From Ignavibacteriota bacterium (GTDB lineage Bacteria; Bacteroidota; Ignavibacteria; UBA10030; UBA6906): a DNA stretch of 64,000 bases. Position 1 is the stretch's first letter. Every line of letters starts with the position of its first letter. A program made the position numbers and the translations under genes. The stretch spans positions 13,758 through 77,757 of the forward strand of contig PMJR01000120.1 of the NCBI GenBank assembly GCA_003158475.1, given 5' to 3'. Positions 38,057 to 48,959 of the stretch are shown here, piece after piece. Below the pieces are notes generated by a model. That model worked only from the letters and a program-made list of their open reading frames with translations, was not told the origin of the DNA and made no database searches.

Positions 38057-38319
38057 GGGTCGTGATTACACGATCATGACAACCCCCGGGATCTGCTCAC
38101 TGCACTTCGGTCCCTTCCCCTCGGGGAGGGGTATTCCGGAGGAAAGGTGAAGCCCACTCCCGGGGGGAAGGGAACCCGTTGGAGTGGGAGCTGTTCAAAG
38201 ATGATTTGAGTCTCGCATTCCACTTTCGTACATTAAGTACTCCGGGATACGCTCCCGGGAGAACGGCCTCCTACTCCCGAAGACCCGACCCGTATCGCAC
38301 CCCTTATTGAAGGATTTGA

Positions 38320-40461
38320 ATGGAATCGCAGATTCGGCCCGCGACAACTCATGCTTTGATCACACCAGGTTCCAACCGACCACTCCACGCTTATGCGGCA
38401 TACGCTTTCCTGCTACTGTTCCTCGGCACTCTCAGTGCGGCGTCTGTCTCCGCCCAGTGGGTTCAGACAAACGGCCCGGGCGGAGGGCATGTCTATTCAA
38501 TTTATGCCGCCGGCCCGGGCCTTATCGCCGGAACATCCGGCGGTCCCTATGTTTCCAGCAATGGTGGGACATCCTGGACCCCTGTGAATTCCGGAATTCC
38601 GGGCAGGGTTGTCTATGTCTTCAACGGTTCCGGCGCGGGTATACTCGCCGGCACAGATGAGGGAATGTATCTCTCCAGTGACGGCGGGTTCAACTGGGCC
38701 GAATCTGATTCCGGGCTGGGTGCGAAGTCGGTGAGGGCGTATGCAACCATCGGCACACGCCTTTACGCCGGGACGGTGGGAGGGGGAGTGTTCCTGTCGA
38801 CAAATGCCGGCGCCGCCTGGACAGCGGTCGATTCGGCGTTGACATCAATGGACGTGTATTCCCTTCTTGCGCGCGGGACAACTCTTTTCGCCGGGACACG
38901 CACCGGCGGAGTGTTCATTTCCGCCGACAGCGGTACGAGCTGGACGGCCGTCAATTCGGGTCTGACGGACCTGAACGTCAATGCGCTCGCAACAATCGAT
39001 ACGAACTTGCTCGTCGCAACAGAGAGCGGCGGCCTGTTCTTCTCTTCCAACAGCGGTGCAGCCTGGACCGCACTCGGTGCGGGCATCCCCCTTCGGCACG
39101 TCGGCGTCCTCCTGAAGAGCGGCACAAACTTCTTTGCCGGGAACGACAGCGCAGGGGTGTTCGTCTCGACTGACCGGTGCCTGACCTGGGGAGCCGTGAA
39201 TGCGGGTCTCACGGACACGAAGGTCGTCGCGCTTTCCCAGGACGGGTCAAAACTCTACGCGGGGACGGAATACGGAGGCGTCTTCGTCTCTCCGGACAAC
39301 GGTGCGAGCTGGTCTTCTCTCAACGGGGGGCTGACGAACACATTTGTCAATGTGCTGCTCGCCGACGGGTCCACACTGTATGCCGGGACCAGCGGTTCGG
39401 GAGTGGCCGCGTCGACGGACAACGGGGGGACCTGGGTGCCGCTCAATCGCGGGCTGACTTCACCTGATGTATTTGCCCTGGCCTCCGACGTGACAAATCT
39501 CTATGCGGGGACGTATCACGGCGGTCTATGCCTGATGCCGAAGACAGGTTCCACCTGGTCCCCCGCGGGTGCGGGGATCACCAACAACGACGTCAATGCC
39601 CTCCTGACGGTTGGAGGTGTCCTCCTGGCCGGCACGAGCGGCGGCATCTTCCGTTCGACGGACGGCGGGCTCCACTGGTCATCCTCAAGCTCGGGGCTCA
39701 CTATCCCCTTTGTGAACGCTCTCGCTTCGGGTGCGGGAACGATCTTCGCGGGGACGTACGGCGGCGGGATCTGCAGATCCGCCGACGGGGGTGTGAACTG
39801 GGTCCCGGCACCGGGGGGCATTCCTCCGTACGGGGCGGATGTCAACGCAATCGTGACATCGGGAACGTCCCTGTTCACCGGGACGCCACTCGGCGGCCTG
39901 TATGTCTCCCGCGACAGCGCCAGGACCTGGTCCGTGGCAGGTCTCACGGACACATGCGTGACCTCTCTTGTCGCATCCGGCACGAGCGTGTTTGCCGGGA
40001 CGCTCGGTGCGGGCGTGATGCTCTCGAACGACGGCGGGGTGTCATGGACGGGGACGGGACTCCCGAGCACGGATGTCCTCGCGCTCGCCATCAACGGCAC
40101 ATTCGTGGTTGCCGGGACAAGCGGGCACGGTGTCTGGCGGCGCCCGATGTCACAGATGACCGTCATGGGTGTGGCCGCGTCGTCGGGTTCCGGACCGGCG
40201 GTGTTCCGGCTGGGGCAGAACTTCCCCAACCCGTTCAATCCGTCCACGACAATCGCGTATCAGGTGCCGGCGGCCGGCCAGGTGACACTCAGGGTTTTCG
40301 ATTTGCTGGGGAGAGAACTGGCGACGCTCGTCGATGAGCGAAAAGATGCAGGCACCTACGCGGTGCGGTTTGAAGGGGCAAATCTCGCCAGCGGAGTCTA
40401 CCTCTACCGGCTGACAGCCGGGCAATTCACGCAGACCCGCAAGATGGTAATAATGAAATAA
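38320..40461 (+). CDS. BNR/Ycf48-like repeat beta-propeller protein (about 12-14 units of about 47 aa) with T9SS C-terminal sorting domain
   Basis: Repeats LFAGTxxGGVFxSxDxGxSWTAVNSGLTxxxVNALA. C-terminal GQNFPNPFNPSTTIAY...GVYLYRLTAGQFTQTRKMVIMK. Confidence 0.75.
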   Translation: MESQIRPATTHALITPGSNRPLHAYAAYAFLLLFLGTLSAASVSAQWVQTNGPGGGHVYSIYAAGPGLIAGTSGGPYVSSNGGTSWTPVNSGIPGRVVYVFNGSGAGILAGTDEGMYLSSDGGFNWAESDSGLGAKSVRAYATIGTRLYAGTVGGGVFLSTNAGAAWTAVDSALTSMDVYSLLARGTTLFAGTRTGGVFISADSGTSWTAVNSGLTDLNVNALATIDTNLLVATESGGLFFSSNSGAAWTALGAGIPLRHVGVLLKSGTNFFAGNDSAGVFVSTDRCLTWGAVNAGLTDTKVVALSQDGSKLYAGTEYGGVFVSPDNGASWSSLNGGLTNTFVNVLLADGSTLYAGTSGSGVAASTDNGGTWVPLNRGLTSPDVFALASDVTNLYAGTYHGGLCLMPKTGSTWSPAGAGITNNDVNALLTVGGVLLAGTSGGIFRSTDGGLHWSSSSSGLTIPFVNALASGAGTIFAGTYGGGICRSADGGVNWVPAPGGIPPYGADVNAIVTSGTSLFTGTPLGGLYVSRDSARTWSVAGLTDTCVTSLVASGTSVFAGTLGAGVMLSNDGGVSWTGTGLPSTDVLALAINGTFVVAGTSGHGVWRRPMSQMTVMGVAASSGSGPAVFRLGQNFPNPFNPSTTIAYQVPAAGQVTLRVFDLLGRELATLVDERKDAGTYAVRFEGANLASGVYLYRLTAGQFTQTRKMVIMK
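38470..40130 (+). repeat. Diverged tandem repeats (about 141 bp) inside the propeller gene
   Basis: Recurrent ...ttcgccgggac...ggcgg.gtgttc...tc..cgac.gcgg....tggac.gc.gtcaa..cgggtctgac.ga... blocks at about 141-nt spacing. Confidence 0.6.
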
Positions 40462-40546
40462 GCGGTGAGCAGACGATCGGGGAAACCCCCATTGCCGACT
40501 GTTTTCAGAGTTTTTTGTTTTTTCCAAAGATTCCACTTGACAGAGT

Positions 40547-40575
40547 GGGAAGAATTCGTATTTTTGTTGTGAGAC
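40547..40575 (+). promoter_or_regulatory. Candidate sigma70-type promoter of the ilv-leu operon (TTGACA, 16-17 nt spacer, TATTTT)
   Basis: ttgacagagtgggaagaattcgtattttt, about 10 nt upstream of the leader ORF. Confidence 0.35.
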
Positions 40576-40585
40576 AACTTCCACA

Positions 40586-40726
40586 ATGGGAACGAACGCA
40601 CATATCGCGGCGACCTCAGGATCCCTCCCCGGGATCCATAGCCCGGTTCCGTCTCTTTCCCTCATTATTAACATTCTGCTGCTTATTAGCCTCCCGACCG
40701 TTCTGGGGCTGTTGATTAACAGCTAA
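40586..40726 (+). CDS. Putative ilv-leu attenuator leader peptide (46 aa, Leu/Ile-rich tail)
   Basis: MGTNAHIAATSGSLPGIHSPVPSLSLIINILLLISLPTVLGLLINS. 9 Leu, 5 Ile and 1 Val fall in a 22-residue stretch, several encoded by ATT codons that are rare in this high-GC genome. Confidence 0.45.
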   Translation: MGTNAHIAATSGSLPGIHSPVPSLSLIINILLLISLPTVLGLLINS

Positions 40727-40839
40727 CCGAACGCCGGAGGCCAACCAGCACATACCCCTAGCAACATCCAAGCGGTCAAGCGCGGTTCCCCTCCGGCGGA
40801 CAAGTGCAGCATTTTGCTCGTTCATCAAGAGGAACTGAG

Positions 40840-42525
40840 ATGGCCGACAAGGAAGCACAAAACCTCCGGAGCAGGACGATAACCCAGGGGGTCCAACGAA
40901 CTCCCAACAGGGCGATGCTGCGTGCCGTGGGATTCGGCGACGGTGATTTCAGCAAACCGATCGTGGGCGTTGCGAGCGCCTACAGCACCATCACCCCATG
41001 CAACATCGGACTTCGGGATCTGGCCGACCGTGCGGTCAAAGCCCTCCGTTCCGCCGGCACCATGCCCCAGATATTCGGGACCATCACCGTAAGCGACGGT
41101 ATCTCGATGGGGACGGAGGGGATGAAGTACTCGCTCGTTTCGCGTGAGGTGATCGCCGACTCGATCGAAACCGCCTGCAACGCCCAGAGCATGGACGGTG
41201 TCCTCGTTGTCGGCGGCTGCGACAAGAACATCCCCGGAGCGATGATCGCCATCGCGCGCATGAACATCCCCGCCATATTCGTCTACGGCGGAACGTCCAA
41301 GCCGGGACACCTTCACGGGAAGGACCTCACCGTGGTCAGCGCGTTCGAGGCGGTGGGGGAATACAGCGCAAAGAAAATCACCGAAAGCGAGCTCCAGGAT
41401 GTGGAGCGGAGCTGTTGTCCGGGCGCCGGCTCTTGCGGAGGGATGTTCACCGCCAACACGATGTCTTCGGCAATCGAGGCGATGGGGCTCAGCCTCATGT
41501 ACTCATCCACGATGGCTGCCGAAGATGCGGAAAAATCCGACAGTTCTGCACGTTCTGCCGAAGTCCTTGCCGAAGCAATTAGGCACCGCATCCTCCCTGA
41601 GCGGCTCCTCACGCGTGAGGCGTTTGAAAACGCGATCGCTGTCGTGATGGCGATCGGCGGTTCCACGAACGCCGTCCTCCACCTTCTCGCGATCGCACAC
41701 GCCTCGGGCGTCCCCCTCTCGATCGACGATTTTGAAACTGTCCGGGCTCGCGTCCCCGTTCTCTGCGACCTGAAGCCTTCGGGCCGGTTCGTCGTCACGG
41801 ACTTTCACAGGGCCGGAGGCGTCCCCCAGGTGATGAAGATCCTCCTCGCGCACGGGGTGCTACACGGAAAGGCGATGACGATAACGGGAGAGACCGTCGA
41901 AGAACTCCTGAAGAGTGTCCCGGCGGTCCCTCCCGCGGAGCAAGAAGTGATCCGTTCCTGGGAGAAACCGCTCTACCGGGAGGGGCATCTTGCGATTCTC
42001 AAAGGGAACCTCGCAGTTGAAGGAGCCGTCGCCAAAGTGACCGGTGTCAAACAGCCTGTCATTACGGGTCCGGCGCGGGTGTTCGATTCCGAAGAAGCCT
42101 GCCTGGAAGCGGTACTCGCCGGGAGGATCAGGAAAGGGGATGTGATCGTCATCCGCTACGAAGGACCGCGCGGCGGTCCGGGGATGAGGGAGATGCTCGC
42201 GCCGACATCTGCTATCATCGGTGCGGGACTCGGGGATTCGGTCGGCCTCATCACCGACGGCCGCTTTTCAGGCGGCACGTATGGTATGGTGGTCGGCCAC
42301 GTGGCGCCCGAGGCGTTCGTGGGGGGGACAATTGCGCTTGTCGAGGAGAACGACATGATCACCATCGACGCGCGGAAGCGATTGCTTCATCTTGACGTCG
42401 CGGAGGGGGAGCTCGGGCGGAGGAAGGAGGCCTGGGTCCAGCCCGGGCCCCGGTACAGGACGGGCGTTCTCGCAAAGTACGCGCGCCAGGTGTCGAGCAG
42501 CAGTGTCGGTGCTGTCACGGATTGA
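40840..42525 (+). CDS. ilvD: Dihydroxy-acid dehydratase
   Basis: RBS gagga plus ATG 40840 ([11 protein letters not shown]). [18 protein letters not shown]. Full-length IlvD collinearity. Confidence 0.9.
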   Translation: MADKEAQNLRSRTITQGVQRTPNRAMLRAVGFGDGDFSKPIVGVASAYSTITPCNIGLRDLADRAVKALRSAGTMPQIFGTITVSDGISMGTEGMKYSLVSREVIADSIETACNAQSMDGVLVVGGCDKNIPGAMIAIARMNIPAIFVYGGTSKPGHLHGKDLTVVSAFEAVGEYSAKKITESELQDVERSCCPGAGSCGGMFTANTMSSAIEAMGLSLMYSSTMAAEDAEKSDSSARSAEVLAEAIRHRILPERLLTREAFENAIAVVMAIGGSTNAVLHLLAIAHASGVPLSIDDFETVRARVPVLCDLKPSGRFVVTDFHRAGGVPQVMKILLAHGVLHGKAMTITGETVEELLKSVPAVPPAEQEVIRSWEKPLYREGHLAILKGNLAVEGAVAKVTGVKQPVITGPARVFDSEEACLEAVLAGRIRKGDVIVIRYEGPRGGPGMREMLAPTSAIIGAGLGDSVGLITDGRFSGGTYGMVVGHVAPEAFVGGTIALVEENDMITIDARKRLLHLDVAEGELGRRKEAWVQPGPRYRTGVLAKYARQVSSSSVGAVTD

Positions 42526-42557
42526 TGCATTCACAACCACTGAGCGGAGGGTTCACG

Positions 42558-44381
42558 ATGTCACGACAGGAGCACGAGGAAGAGGGTCCGGCCACAGCGG
42601 GAGGCCGGCTCATGACCGGAGCGGAGATTTTCGTCCGGAGTCTCATCGCCGAAAATGTTGAAGTCCTCTTCGGCTACCCCGGGGGAGCGACAATCGGTGT
42701 CTACGACGCGCTCCACGACATCTCCGATATCAACCACGTCCTTACACGGCACGAGCAGGGGGCGACGCACGCTGCGGAAGGATATTCCAAGGCCACCGGG
42801 AAACCCGGCGTCGTCCTCGTCACCTCCGGCCCAGGGGCGACGAACACCGTGACCGGGATCGCGGACGCAATGATGGATTCGATCCCGCTCGTGGTCTTCT
42901 CCGGCCAGGTCCCCCTCCGGCTCATCGGCAACGATGCATTCCAGGAAGCGGACATCGTTGGTATCACGCGTCCCATCACCAAACACAACTATCTCGTCCG
43001 GGACGTCCGTGAACTTGCGCAGACGATCAAGGAGGCCTTCTACATCGCCACGAGCGGACGCCCCGGCCCGGTCCTTGTCGATCTCCCGAAGGACGTGATG
43101 GCCCAGAAAACGCACTTTGCGTACCCGCAGAGCGTCACGCTCAGGAACTACGCCCCCATCCTCGACGGGAATATCCGCCAGATACGAAAGGCGGCGGAAT
43201 TGATCAATGCGGCGAGCCGCCCGGTCCTCTACGTCGGGGGGGGAACGATACTCTCCAACGCTGCGGCCGAGCTCACGGCGCTTGCCCGGAAACTTCGCTG
43301 CCCGGTGACGACGACCCTCCACGGCCTGGGCTCGTATCCGGAGAACGACCCCCTCGCCATGGGGATGCTGGGGATGCACGGGACCTGGTATTCGAACATG
43401 GCGGTCCATTTCTGTGACGTCCTCATCGCTGTCGGAGCCCGGTTCGACGATCGTGTGACCGGCAATGTTGAGGCGTTCGCGGCCGAGGCGAAGAAGATAC
43501 ACATCGACGTCGATCCGGCCGCCATCAGCAAGAACGTCAAGGTGGACGTCCCGATCGTCGGGGACGTGAAACGTGTCCTCACCTCACTCCTGGAACTCGT
43601 CAACCCCCTCGAGACGCAGGACTGGCTCAGGACCATCGATGCCTGGAAAGACGAGCACCCTCTCCGCTACCGAAACGGCGACGAGATCCGCACGCAATAT
43701 GTTATGCAGAAACTGGGGGAAATCACGGAGGGGAACGCCATTGTCGTCACGGATGTCGGGCAGCACCAGATGTGGGCGGCTCAGTTTTTCAACTTCTCCC
43801 ATCCCCGGACGCACATCACCTCCGGGGGTCTGGGGACGATGGGGTTCTCCCTCCCCGCCGCCATGGGGGCCGTGTTCGGCCGCAGGGATCTCCCCGTCAT
43901 TTCAATCAGCGGCGACGGGGGATTCCAGATGAACAGCCAGGAGATGGCGACGATCGTCCAGCACCGCCTCCCGGTCAAGATCATCGTGATCAACAACGGT
44001 TTCCTCGGCATGGTCCGTCAATGGCAGGAGCTGTTCTGGCGGCGCAGGTACTCGCAGGTCGAGCTCGCGAACCCCGACTTCGTCCGGCTGGCGGAGGCGT
44101 ACGGCTGCACGGCCTACCGCGCCACGCGCACTTCGGAGGTGGAGGATGTCCTCCGGAAAGCGATGGGGCACACCGACGGCCCGGTCTTCGTGGAGTTTGT
44201 TGTCGCAAAAGAGGACAACGTCTACCCGATGATTCCCGCGGGACAGACGGTCAATGAAATGATCGACACCCCTGATCCCGCTCCGGGCGGGCACGAGACG
44301 GCGGGGGGCCGGATCGAAACGGTCGAAAAAGGAAAAGCCAGAAAGGTAAGCGTCCATGCCCCCGTCACAAGCAATGCTTAA
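42558..44381 (+). CDS. ilvB: Acetolactate synthase (AHAS) large subunit
   Basis: TGAEIFVRSLIAENVEVLFGYPGGA, GPGATN and GDGGFQMN ThDP motifs. RBS ggaggg plus ATG 42558. Confidence 0.9.
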   Translation: MSRQEHEEEGPATAGGRLMTGAEIFVRSLIAENVEVLFGYPGGATIGVYDALHDISDINHVLTRHEQGATHAAEGYSKATGKPGVVLVTSGPGATNTVTGIADAMMDSIPLVVFSGQVPLRLIGNDAFQEADIVGITRPITKHNYLVRDVRELAQTIKEAFYIATSGRPGPVLVDLPKDVMAQKTHFAYPQSVTLRNYAPILDGNIRQIRKAAELINAASRPVLYVGGGTILSNAAAELTALARKLRCPVTTTLHGLGSYPENDPLAMGMLGMHGTWYSNMAVHFCDVLIAVGARFDDRVTGNVEAFAAEAKKIHIDVDPAAISKNVKVDVPIVGDVKRVLTSLLELVNPLETQDWLRTIDAWKDEHPLRYRNGDEIRTQYVMQKLGEITEGNAIVVTDVGQHQMWAAQFFNFSHPRTHITSGGLGTMGFSLPAAMGAVFGRRDLPVISISGDGGFQMNSQEMATIVQHRLPVKIIVINNGFLGMVRQWQELFWRRRYSQVELANPDFVRLAEAYGCTAYRATRTSEVEDVLRKAMGHTDGPVFVEFVVAKEDNVYPMIPAGQTVNEMIDTPDPAPGGHETAGGRIETVEKGKARKVSVHAPVTSNA

Positions 44382-44904
44382 TACGCAGGCGAGCGGTGTG
44401 CCTGACGAGAAGGTGAAGCGGCATACGATCTCCATCCTCGTCCAGAACAAGTTCGGCGCGTTCAACAGGATCGCCGGCATGTTCGCCGCGAAAGGGTACA
44501 ACATCGACAGCCTGAGCGTCGGCCCGACCGAGGATGAGGGGGTGTCGCGCATGACGATTGTGGCGCGCGGGGACGATCAGATCATCGAGCAGATCACGAA
44601 ACAGCTGAACAAGCTGATCGACATCGTGAAGGTGATCGACCTGACGTTTGAAAGTTTCGTCGACAGGGAGCTTGTCCTGGTCAAGGTGCATGCCACGAAC
44701 GACACCCGCCCCGAGATCATGCAGATCGCGGAGATCTTCCGTGCCAAGGTCGTCGACATCAGTCCCAGGACGCTCACGCTGGAAGCGACGGGGAGCCAGC
44801 AGAAGGTCGATGCGATAATCAAGATGCTGAAACCCTACGCGATCAAGGAGATGGCGCGTACGGGACGCGTCGCGCTGAAACGTGAGTTCCAGGGAGAGGT
44901 ATGA
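44356..44904 (+). CDS. ilvN: Acetolactate synthase small (regulatory) subunit
   Basis: ACT domain [33 protein letters not shown]. Overlaps the ilvB end; an alternative ATG at 44374 exists. Confidence 0.85.
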   Translation: MPPSQAMLNTQASGVPDEKVKRHTISILVQNKFGAFNRIAGMFAAKGYNIDSLSVGPTEDEGVSRMTIVARGDDQIIEQITKQLNKLIDIVKVIDLTFESFVDRELVLVKVHATNDTRPEIMQIAEIFRAKVVDISPRTLTLEATGSQQKVDAIIKMLKPYAIKEMARTGRVALKREFQGEV

Positions 44905-45935
44905 TCATCGTCATGCAGCCGGGTGCTTCCCGGGAACAGGTCGATCATGTCTTCGAACAGGTGCGCACGCTCGGCTACCAGGTTCACCCGATTTACGGCG
45001 AGCAGAGGACGGTGATCGCCTGCGTCGGTGACGAAAGGGAAAAATACCGGCTGCAGGCGCTGGAAGTCCTGGAGGGTGTTGAAAGCGTCGTTCCCATACT
45101 CAAGCCTTACAAGCTGGCGAGCACCGACTGGAAACCCGGGCGGACGACTATCCGCCTGGGAAAGGAGGGGGAGAAGAACACGGTGACGATCGGCAGCAAC
45201 CACTTCGTCGTGATGGCGGGCCCCTGTTCGGTAGAGAGCCGGGAGCAGATTCTGACGGTTGCCGAACAGGTCAAGAAGGCCGGTGCGAAAGTCCTTCGCG
45301 GCGGGGCGTTCAAGCCACGGAGCTCCCCCTACAGCTTTCAGGGGCTCGAAGAAGCCGGACTCAGGCTGCTGGCCGAGGCGCGGGAGAAAACCGGCCTCTT
45401 CATCATCACCGAGGTGATCACACCGACGGACGTCGATCTCGTGGCGGACTATGCGGACATACTTCAGATCGGGGCCCGTAACATGCAGAACTTCGCGCTC
45501 CTCAAGGAGGTGGGAAAGGTCCGCAAGCCCGTTCTGTTGAAACGGGGGATGGCCAACACGGTGAAGGACCTTCTCCTCTCGGCGGAATACATCATGTCGC
45601 AGGGGAACTACGAGGTGATCCTGTGCGAACGGGGGATAAGGACGTTTGAAGATTACACGCGTAACACATGCGATCTTTCCGCCGTGCCGGTGGTCCACGA
45701 GACAAGCCACCTCCCCATCATCGTCGATCCGAGCCACGGCACCGGCGTCCGGAGCCTTGTCACCCCCATGGCGAAAGCCGCTGTGGCTGCAGGGGCGGAC
45801 GGTCTGATCATCGAAGTCCATTCCAAACCCGAGGAGGCATTTTCCGACGGCGCGCAGTCGCTGACCCCTCCCCAGTTCGAAGACCTCATGACGTGGGTAA
45901 AGAAACTGATAGACGTAGAAGGAAGAACACTCTAA
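44901..45935 (+). CDS. 3-deoxy-D-arabino-heptulosonate-7-phosphate (DAHP) synthase, type I-beta with N-terminal ferredoxin-like regulatory domain (Thermotoga-type)
   Basis: [10 protein letters not shown]... N-terminal domain. [40 protein letters not shown]. Collinear with T. maritima DAHPS. Confidence 0.85.
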   Translation: MIIVMQPGASREQVDHVFEQVRTLGYQVHPIYGEQRTVIACVGDEREKYRLQALEVLEGVESVVPILKPYKLASTDWKPGRTTIRLGKEGEKNTVTIGSNHFVVMAGPCSVESREQILTVAEQVKKAGAKVLRGGAFKPRSSPYSFQGLEEAGLRLLAEAREKTGLFIITEVITPTDVDLVADYADILQIGARNMQNFALLKEVGKVRKPVLLKRGMANTVKDLLLSAEYIMSQGNYEVILCERGIRTFEDYTRNTCDLSAVPVVHETSHLPIIVDPSHGTGVRSLVTPMAKAAVAAGADGLIIEVHSKPEEAFSDGAQSLTPPQFEDLMTWVKKLIDVEGRTL

Positions 45936-45948
45936 GGAGATTGTATCC

Positions 45949-47511
45949 ATGAACGACCGCATCATCGTGTTCGATACGACGCTCCGGGACGGGGAGCAGT
46001 CGCCTGGTTGCAGCATGAACGTCGAGGAGAAAATGCGCATGGCCCGGCAGCTTGAACGCCTGAACGTCGACGTCATCGAGGCCGGCTTCCCTGTCGCCTC
46101 CTCCGGGGATTTTGAAGCGGTACGCATGATCGCGGGGACTCTCGAGCGCTCCTCGGTCGCGGGTCTTTCCCGGGCGATGGCGGGAGATATCGACCGGACC
46201 TGGGAGGCGATCCGCGGGGCGAAAAAACCCCGCATTCACACGTTCATCGCGACATCCGACATCCACCTTGCACACAAGCTCAAGAAGACGCGCGATCAGG
46301 TTCTGAAGGACGCCGTCCTGGCGGTGGAATATGCCCGGTCCCTCTGCGCCGATGTCGAGTTCTCCTGTGAAGACGCCTCCAGGACCGACATCGGCTTTCT
46401 CTGCGAGATCTCACAGGCGGTCATCACCGCGGGTGCCACGGTGCTCAACTTCCCCGATACGGTCGGCTACGCGATCCCGGCGGAATACGGGGCGATGTTC
46501 AGGGCAATCCGGGAACGCGTCGGCAACCTCGGGTCGGTGGTCCTCAGCGCCCACTGCCACAACGATCTCGGCATGGCCGTGGCGAATTCCCTCGCGGCGG
46601 TTGAGAACGGGGCGCGACAGATCGAGTGCACCGTCAACGGCATCGGGGAGCGGGCCGGGAACGCCGCGCTCGAGGAGATCGTCCTGGCAATCAAAGTCCG
46701 CGCGGAACGGCTCGGGGTGATGACGGGCGTCGATGCGCAGGAGATCTACCGCTCGAGCAAGCTCCTGTCGAGCCTGACGGGGATGCAGGTGCAAAGAAAC
46801 AAGGCCGTCGTCGGGGCGAATGCCTTTTCGCACGAGGCCGGCATCCACCAGGACGGGATGCTCAAGAGCGCGATCACATACGAGATCATGACCCCGCAGT
46901 CGGTCGGGATCAAGCACAGCACGCTGGTGCTGGGAAAACACTCCGGGCGCCATGCGCTCAGGAAACGATATGCTGAACTCGGGTTCGAGCTCTCCGACGC
47001 AGAACTCGACCGGGCATACGCGGGCTTCACCGCAATCGCCGACCAGAAGAAGGAGATATTCGACGAAGAATTGATTGCGATACTCGATGAGAGTGTGCGC
47101 GGCTCGGAGCTGGACTTCCATCTCGTGGGACTCCATGTGAGCACCGGCACGACAATCCGTCCGACGGCCACCGTGGAACTGAAGTTCGGAGAACAATTGA
47201 TGTTCGACTCCGCCACCGGCGACGGTCCTGTCGACGCGATGTACCGGGCCATCGAGCGGCTGACGGGAATCGTGGGGAAACTCACGGAATATTCACTCAA
47301 GTCCGTGAGGATCGGCCACGATACCGTGGGAGAGGTGTTTGTGCGGGTGGAGTTCGACGGCGTCCAGTACAACGGGAGGGCCGTGAGCACCGACGTCATC
47401 ACCGGGAGCGCGCGGGCCTACCTCGAGGCCATGAACAGGGCACTGAACGTGCGGAGGCGTCGGGAGGGGCGTGTCAAAGAGAGCATCGCCCTCGCCTCTT
47501 CTGTCGTATGA
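45949..47511 (+). CDS. leuA: 2-isopropylmalate synthase
   Basis: [33 protein letters not shown]-terminal LeuA regulatory domain. Confidence 0.9.
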   Translation: MNDRIIVFDTTLRDGEQSPGCSMNVEEKMRMARQLERLNVDVIEAGFPVASSGDFEAVRMIAGTLERSSVAGLSRAMAGDIDRTWEAIRGAKKPRIHTFIATSDIHLAHKLKKTRDQVLKDAVLAVEYARSLCADVEFSCEDASRTDIGFLCEISQAVITAGATVLNFPDTVGYAIPAEYGAMFRAIRERVGNLGSVVLSAHCHNDLGMAVANSLAAVENGARQIECTVNGIGERAGNAALEEIVLAIKVRAERLGVMTGVDAQEIYRSSKLLSSLTGMQVQRNKAVVGANAFSHEAGIHQDGMLKSAITYEIMTPQSVGIKHSTLVLGKHSGRHALRKRYAELGFELSDAELDRAYAGFTAIADQKKEIFDEELIAILDESVRGSELDFHLVGLHVSTGTTIRPTATVELKFGEQLMFDSATGDGPVDAMYRAIERLTGIVGKLTEYSLKSVRIGHDTVGEVFVRVEFDGVQYNGRAVSTDVITGSARAYLEAMNRALNVRRRREGRVKESIALASSVV

Positions 47512-47539
47512 TGATGACGCCACAAGCGGGAGGCTGACG

Positions 47540-48949
47540 ATGAACGCACCGAATCCGAAGACCCTGTTTGAGAAGGTATGGACGTCGCATGTCGTGACGC
47601 AGGAGCCGGGTTCTCCTGCGGTCCTCTCTATCGACCTTCACCTGGTGCACGAGGTCACTTCCCCCCAGGCATTCGCAGGGCTCCGGGCCCGGGGAATCCC
47701 CGTGCGGAAGCCCGGGCGGACCTTTGCCACCGTGGACCATAGCATACCCACCGGCGATCCCGCTGTTCCCCTGAGCGATCCGCTCGCATCGCGGCAGATC
47801 GGCCAGATGGAGGAGAACGCGCGGTGGGGGGGGATCCGGTTCTTCGGGATGAACAGCGCGCAGCGCGGGATCGTCCACGTCATCGGTCCCGAGCTCGGTC
47901 TCACGCAACCGGGCATGACCGTGGTGTGCGGCGACAGCCACACATCGACGCACGGGGCGTTCGGTGCCCTCGCCTTCGGGATCGGGACGAGCGAGGTGGA
48001 ACATGTGCTGGCGACGCAGTGCCTCCTCCAGCGCCGTCCCGGCGTCTGTGAAGTCCGGATCGAGGGAACCCCGGGACCGGGCGTCACGGCGAAGGACATC
48101 GTGCTGGCGCTCCTGGCGCGGATCGGGGTGGGGGGAGGGACAGGGCACGTTTTCGAATATACCGGCAGCGCGGTCGGCTCGCTCACAATGGAAGAACGGA
48201 TGACGATATGCAACATGTCGATCGAGGGCGGCGCGCGGGCCGGCATGATGGCGCCGGACGACACAACCTTCGAATACATCGCCGGGAGGGAATTTTCTCC
48301 CAGGGGTGCGGACTGGGACCGCGCCGTTGCCCGGTGGCGGAAGCTCCCGACGGACGATGGGGCCGTTTTCGACATGTCCCTGACGCTGGATATTTCCGAC
48401 CTCTCCCCCATGATCACGTTCGGCACCAATCCCGGGATGGGGCTCGCACTCGGTGCGCCCGTCCCTGCTCCGGATGAGGTGACTGATCCGGGCCAGCGTT
48501 CGGCGCTCAGGAAGGCCCTGGAGTACATGAACCTCACGCCGGGTCAGCCCCTTCTCGGCCGCCCGGTCAACGTCGTTTTTATCGGGAGCTGTACGAACGG
48601 AAGGATTTCGGATCTGCGGCTCGCCGCCTCGGTCCTCCGCGGGCGGAAGGTCGCCCCCACCGTGCGTCTCCTGGTGGTCCCGGGATCGCAGGCGGTGAAA
48701 CGGCAGGCAGAGGCTGAAGGGCTCGACCGGGTATTCAAGTCTGCGGGGGCGGAATGGAGGGAAGCCGGCTGTTCGATGTGCATCGCAATGAACGGTGACC
48801 AGCTCTCTCCGGGCGAGTATGCCGTGAGTACGAGCAACCGGAATTTCGAGGGACGGCAGGGAAAAGGGGGACGGACGTTCCTGGCTTCCCCGCTGACAGC
48901 GGCGGCAAGTGCGGTGACCGGCAAAATCACTGACGTCCGGACTTTATAA
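47540..48949 (+). CDS. leuC: 3-isopropylmalate dehydratase large subunit
   Basis: Aconitase-family motifs ([20 protein letters not shown]...). Confidence 0.9.
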   Translation: MNAPNPKTLFEKVWTSHVVTQEPGSPAVLSIDLHLVHEVTSPQAFAGLRARGIPVRKPGRTFATVDHSIPTGDPAVPLSDPLASRQIGQMEENARWGGIRFFGMNSAQRGIVHVIGPELGLTQPGMTVVCGDSHTSTHGAFGALAFGIGTSEVEHVLATQCLLQRRPGVCEVRIEGTPGPGVTAKDIVLALLARIGVGGGTGHVFEYTGSAVGSLTMEERMTICNMSIEGGARAGMMAPDDTTFEYIAGREFSPRGADWDRAVARWRKLPTDDGAVFDMSLTLDISDLSPMITFGTNPGMGLALGAPVPAPDEVTDPGQRSALRKALEYMNLTPGQPLLGRPVNVVFIGSCTNGRISDLRLAASVLRGRKVAPTVRLLVVPGSQAVKRQAEAEGLDRVFKSAGAEWREAGCSMCIAMNGDQLSPGEYAVSTSNRNFEGRQGKGGRTFLASPLTAAASAVTGKITDVRTL

Positions 48950-48959
48950 GGAACAGCGC

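Noticed and set aside
38320-40461. CRISPR-like regular repeats
   Set aside because: The periodicity is 141 bp and lies inside a continuous ORF that encodes a 47-aa protein repeat. No spacer/repeat structure and no cas genes.
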